Part shown: piece by piece, positions 59,340 to 64,000 of the stretch
Layout of the letters: every line of letters starts with the position of its first letter
Position numbering within the stretch: position 1 is the first letter of the stretch
Notes under the pieces: generated by a model
Databases searched by the model: none
What the model saw: the letters and a program-made list of their open reading frames with translations, nothing else
Told to the model about the DNA's origin: nothing
Position numbers and translations under genes: made by a program
Assembly (NCBI GenBank): GCA_009914755.4
Contig: CP068257.2
Location: 2,560,001-2,624,000 of the forward strand
Direction of reading: 5' to 3'
DNA length: 64,000 nucleotides
DNA from: the human T2T-CHM13v2.0 reference genome, Homo sapiens

Positions 59340-60060
59340 TTGGACCCTTATCTAACACCAAATACAAAAAGTAACCTAAAATAGACCAAAGACCTAAATG
59401 TAAGAGCTAAAGTTAGAAAACTTTTAGAAGAAAATGGGAAAAGCTTCACGACAATGAATTTGGCAATGATTTCTTATATAGAACATCAAAGGCACAGGCA
59501 AGAAAAGAAAACACGGACAAACTGGACTTCATCAGAATTAAAAACTTTTGTGCATCAAGAACCACTGTCAAGAGAGTAAAAGGCAACCCAGAGAATGGAG
59601 AAAATATTTGTAAACTACATACATTATAAGGAATTAATATCCAGAGTATATAGAGAACTCCAAAAAGACAAACACCACAATTCAAAACTGGGCAAAGGAT
59701 ATACATGGACATTGCTCCAAAGATGATATACGAATGGTCAATAAGCACTGGAAAAGACGCTCAACATCACTAGTCACTAGGAAAATATAAATCAAAACCA
59801 TAATGCAATACCACTTCACACCCATTAAAATGCTATTATCAAAACAAACAAAAAACGGAAACCAAGAAAACCAGAAAAACAAATGTTGGGCAGGATGTGG
59901 AGAAACGGAAACCCTGTGCAATGCTGGTGGGAAGGTAAAATGGTGCTGCATGTATTTAAATGCCACTGAAGTGTACACGTAAAAATAGAAAAACTGGCAA
60001 ATTCTATATTCTGTATATTTTACCTCCACACACACGAAACCAATGGAGAAAAAGAAAATT
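59340..60060 (+). mobile_element. Fragment of an ancient L1 (L1M-type), ORF2 C-terminal region, plus strand
   Basis: Nucleotide and peptide remnants of the L1 ORF2 C-terminus: ..AATGAAGTTGGACCCTTATCTAACACCAAATACAAAAAGTAACCTAAAATAGACCAAAGACCTAAATGTAAGAGCTAAAG.., ..AAATGTTGGGCAGGATGTGGAGAAACGGAAACCCTGTGCAATGCTGGTGGGAAGGTAAAATGGTGCTGC.. Heavily decayed. Confidence 0.55.
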
Positions 60061-60913
60061 AATCAAAATTAAAATTTCAGCTAAAGATGATTAGAAAGCA
60101 ATAAAACTAATGACAATTTAGATGATTGAGTTATAGCTACAATTGTTTTCAGTAAAAGAAATAATGCTTTATTCAGAATCATTATGAACAGTGTTATGAT
60201 TAGCAAGTCTTTCCTATAAATGTAATAGTTAATAATTGTAAATTAGTTTTATTTTGTATGTTCTATGCCATGTTCACCAAGTACACTTAATATTAAATAA
60301 TTTAAATATAATATCTCATTAATGTTTCGCAAATGAAGAAGAAATTTCTGGCAGACAAGCTCCTCAAAATTTTCACACTCTGTCCAAGTAGTGAAATGAT
60401 ACAATAACATTACTTATAATATTGTCAACTGAAAAAGAAATTACTTTGAGCAGATGCCAGTATTTCTTCTCAATGAGATTTCAAAGAATAAGAAAGCTAA
60501 ATACAGTATCATCAAGAATTAAATGTGAGCATTCTGCCTACTTTCTGCAAGTGGCCTACATTCAATATTTGGAGGTATGCTTATATGTTTAACGACTAAA
60601 GTAACATAACATAATACTTAACGGTGCCACTCGGGGGTTTTAGCTGTGAAAAAGCAGTGGATCCTAAGAACAGTGGGCACTGAAGTAGCCTGTCTCCATG
60701 TCAGGTTACAGCTCAAGCTGTGTATATGCTGCAGACGTCTGAGCTGAATTTAAGAGAATCCGCTCTAAAACATTACTTGCTATTTAGACACATGCTTAAA
60801 GTTATTTCCTTTTAAACCTTAGGCAGATGATGAAATATTCCCGCTGTGTTGTCTCACAATGCATAACAAAGCTTTTCACATATTTTCAGATAGTTGAGAA
60901 TTTTTCCATATGT

Positions 60914-61200
<287 letters not shown>

Positions 61201-62469
61201 GTCCCGATGCACCCGTGTCATGGCTGATAAGATACTACCAGGGCACCCTCATTCTAGCATCAAGGCTGTGTGACAGCTCACCTCACCTTCTGACTAACCC
61301 AGTGCTTCTGTGCTAAGGGCCCCCTTAAACCTCTACCTTCATTATGTGCTTGGCACAAAGGAATGATATATCCTAGATTTGGAAATGGAATTTTCTTCCC
61401 CAATCTTACTGTAGTCTAAGTACCCTTCACAGAACTTCTATTAACCCATAGCTTACTTAGCTTTAGTTCCTGGGTAAATCAAATCTGTGTTTTGCAAACT
61501 ACGATGTTGTAAGTTCAATTGCTTCTGAATCTAGCAGAGCTCAGTGAAACTCTTTGCTTACAGACATGCTCATTTTTATTAATGTCACACACGGTATTCT
61601 CCATGTGAAAGACAGAATTTCTTTCATCCTGGTTACCCATCCCTTCAGATCCTTGTGAGGAACCAACAGAACAGCTTTAAAAAATTAAAAGGTTTTTCCT
61701 TTCCCTTGACAAATAGGCACATGCTTACATATACGGCAAGTTTAGAGAATCCACAATGCAAAAGAAGGTGGAAGGACAAAGAGAAAAAGACGCAGAAGGA
61801 CTTCCTCTTCCAGCCAAGATGGACTTGCCCTCCCACCATGACCAACGAGAAAACTGAAACTAGATAGAATATTTGAGAGAACTGTTTTCGGGGATTGGAA
61901 CACAGGCAGAACAGGACTGTGATATTTGAGAACAGGAAAACACAGGAGGCAAATCTCACATACACTTCTCTTTTCTGTCCAATGGCAGTTTCTTGACCAC
62001 ACAGAGAGAGGTAGAGACCTCCAAAAATGAGGCAATGTCACTGTCACGAAGCTAAGAGTCTTGCAGTGCTAACGTGTTTGGAGTTTATAGAATAAGGTAC
62101 TGGAGAAGAGGGAACTACATACAGGTGAGGCCTCAAAAGAGTATGCCCTGGGGCCAAGGGCTGGGGGGAGTGCATACAGTAGGCAGGCTCCACAGGGCCT
62201 CTGCAGAGTGGCTGGCACTTCTGAGGGCTGAGTGGAGATGCCAGAGATCACACAAATTTGGGACATAGCAGAGTGGAGAGAACTCACCAAGTATACCTAG
62301 AACATGTGGCTGGGGCCCATGAGGATGAATCTTTCCTAGAGTAAGAGTCACTGTCTAAGTCTACAGGCAAAAACCTAATAAATAAGCACAAACTAACAAA
62401 GGCCCAGGCTTGACAGGAGCAAAAGGGTGGTCAAATAATTTAACTAGGCATCAAGACATTTAACAGAAA

Positions 62470-64000
<1,531 letters not shown>

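Overview
The window is primate (hominoid, most likely human) nuclear DNA, not prokaryotic. Nearly every large ORF in the six-frame track is explained by transposable elements or low-complexity DNA. I find no operon or prokaryotic-style system here, and none should be inferred.

Content from left to right:
- **ERV9/LTR12 provirus remnant, minus strand.** An LTR12-like LTR (~38-961) followed upstream by degenerate env, including a recognisable Env TM immunosuppressive/CX6CC peptide (1495-1686).
- **Full-length L1PA, plus strand (2965-9038).** Subfamily is L1PA2-3-like, not L1HS. It has perfect 10-bp target-site duplications (AAAGCCTGTT), a broken ORF1 and a fragmented ORF2, and sits inside the ERV9 remnant.
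- **139-bp tandem array (10640-11690).** About 7.5 copies, each carrying two opposed matches to the ZNF143/THAP11 SBS motif (ACTACA..CCCAGCA).
- **Older L1 3' fragment** on the minus strand (11892-12990).
- **CpG-dense GC-rich block (12990-15060).** Origin unclear; possibly a CpG-island promoter or LTR-derived. It contains a CT-rich tract and one protein-like minus-strand ORF.
- **Tigger1 DNA transposon (15075-16947).** Internally deleted, with an AluS insertion that has 15-16-bp TSDs and a conserved transposase C-terminal ORF.
- **Alu cluster (16962-17885).**
- **Degenerate ~50-bp CA/CAC-rich minisatellite (19740-20980).** It generates the largest, spurious ORFs in the track.
- **~300-bp inverted repeat** (22571-22880 and 24121-24421, ~1.24-kb spacer containing an Alu). 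One arm is extended by a 76-bp VNTR.
- **Scattered Alus.** Several have identifiable TSDs.
- **5'-truncated old L1, plus strand (28835-31330).**
- **~330-bp (TTCC)n polypyrimidine tract.**
- **63-bp tandem triplication** inside an old repeat.
- **Second young L1PA, minus strand (34696-39088).** ORF1 is precisely deleted. It abuts an older L1 3' fragment.
- **MADE1 (mir-548-type) palindromic MITE** inside an Alu (44131-44211).
- **Further old L1 fragments** (59340-60060; 62470-64000, the latter carrying an Alu with an 11-bp TSD).

Subfamily and family calls are from memory of consensus sequences, with no database search. Treat them as hypotheses to confirm with RepeatMasker/Dfam.
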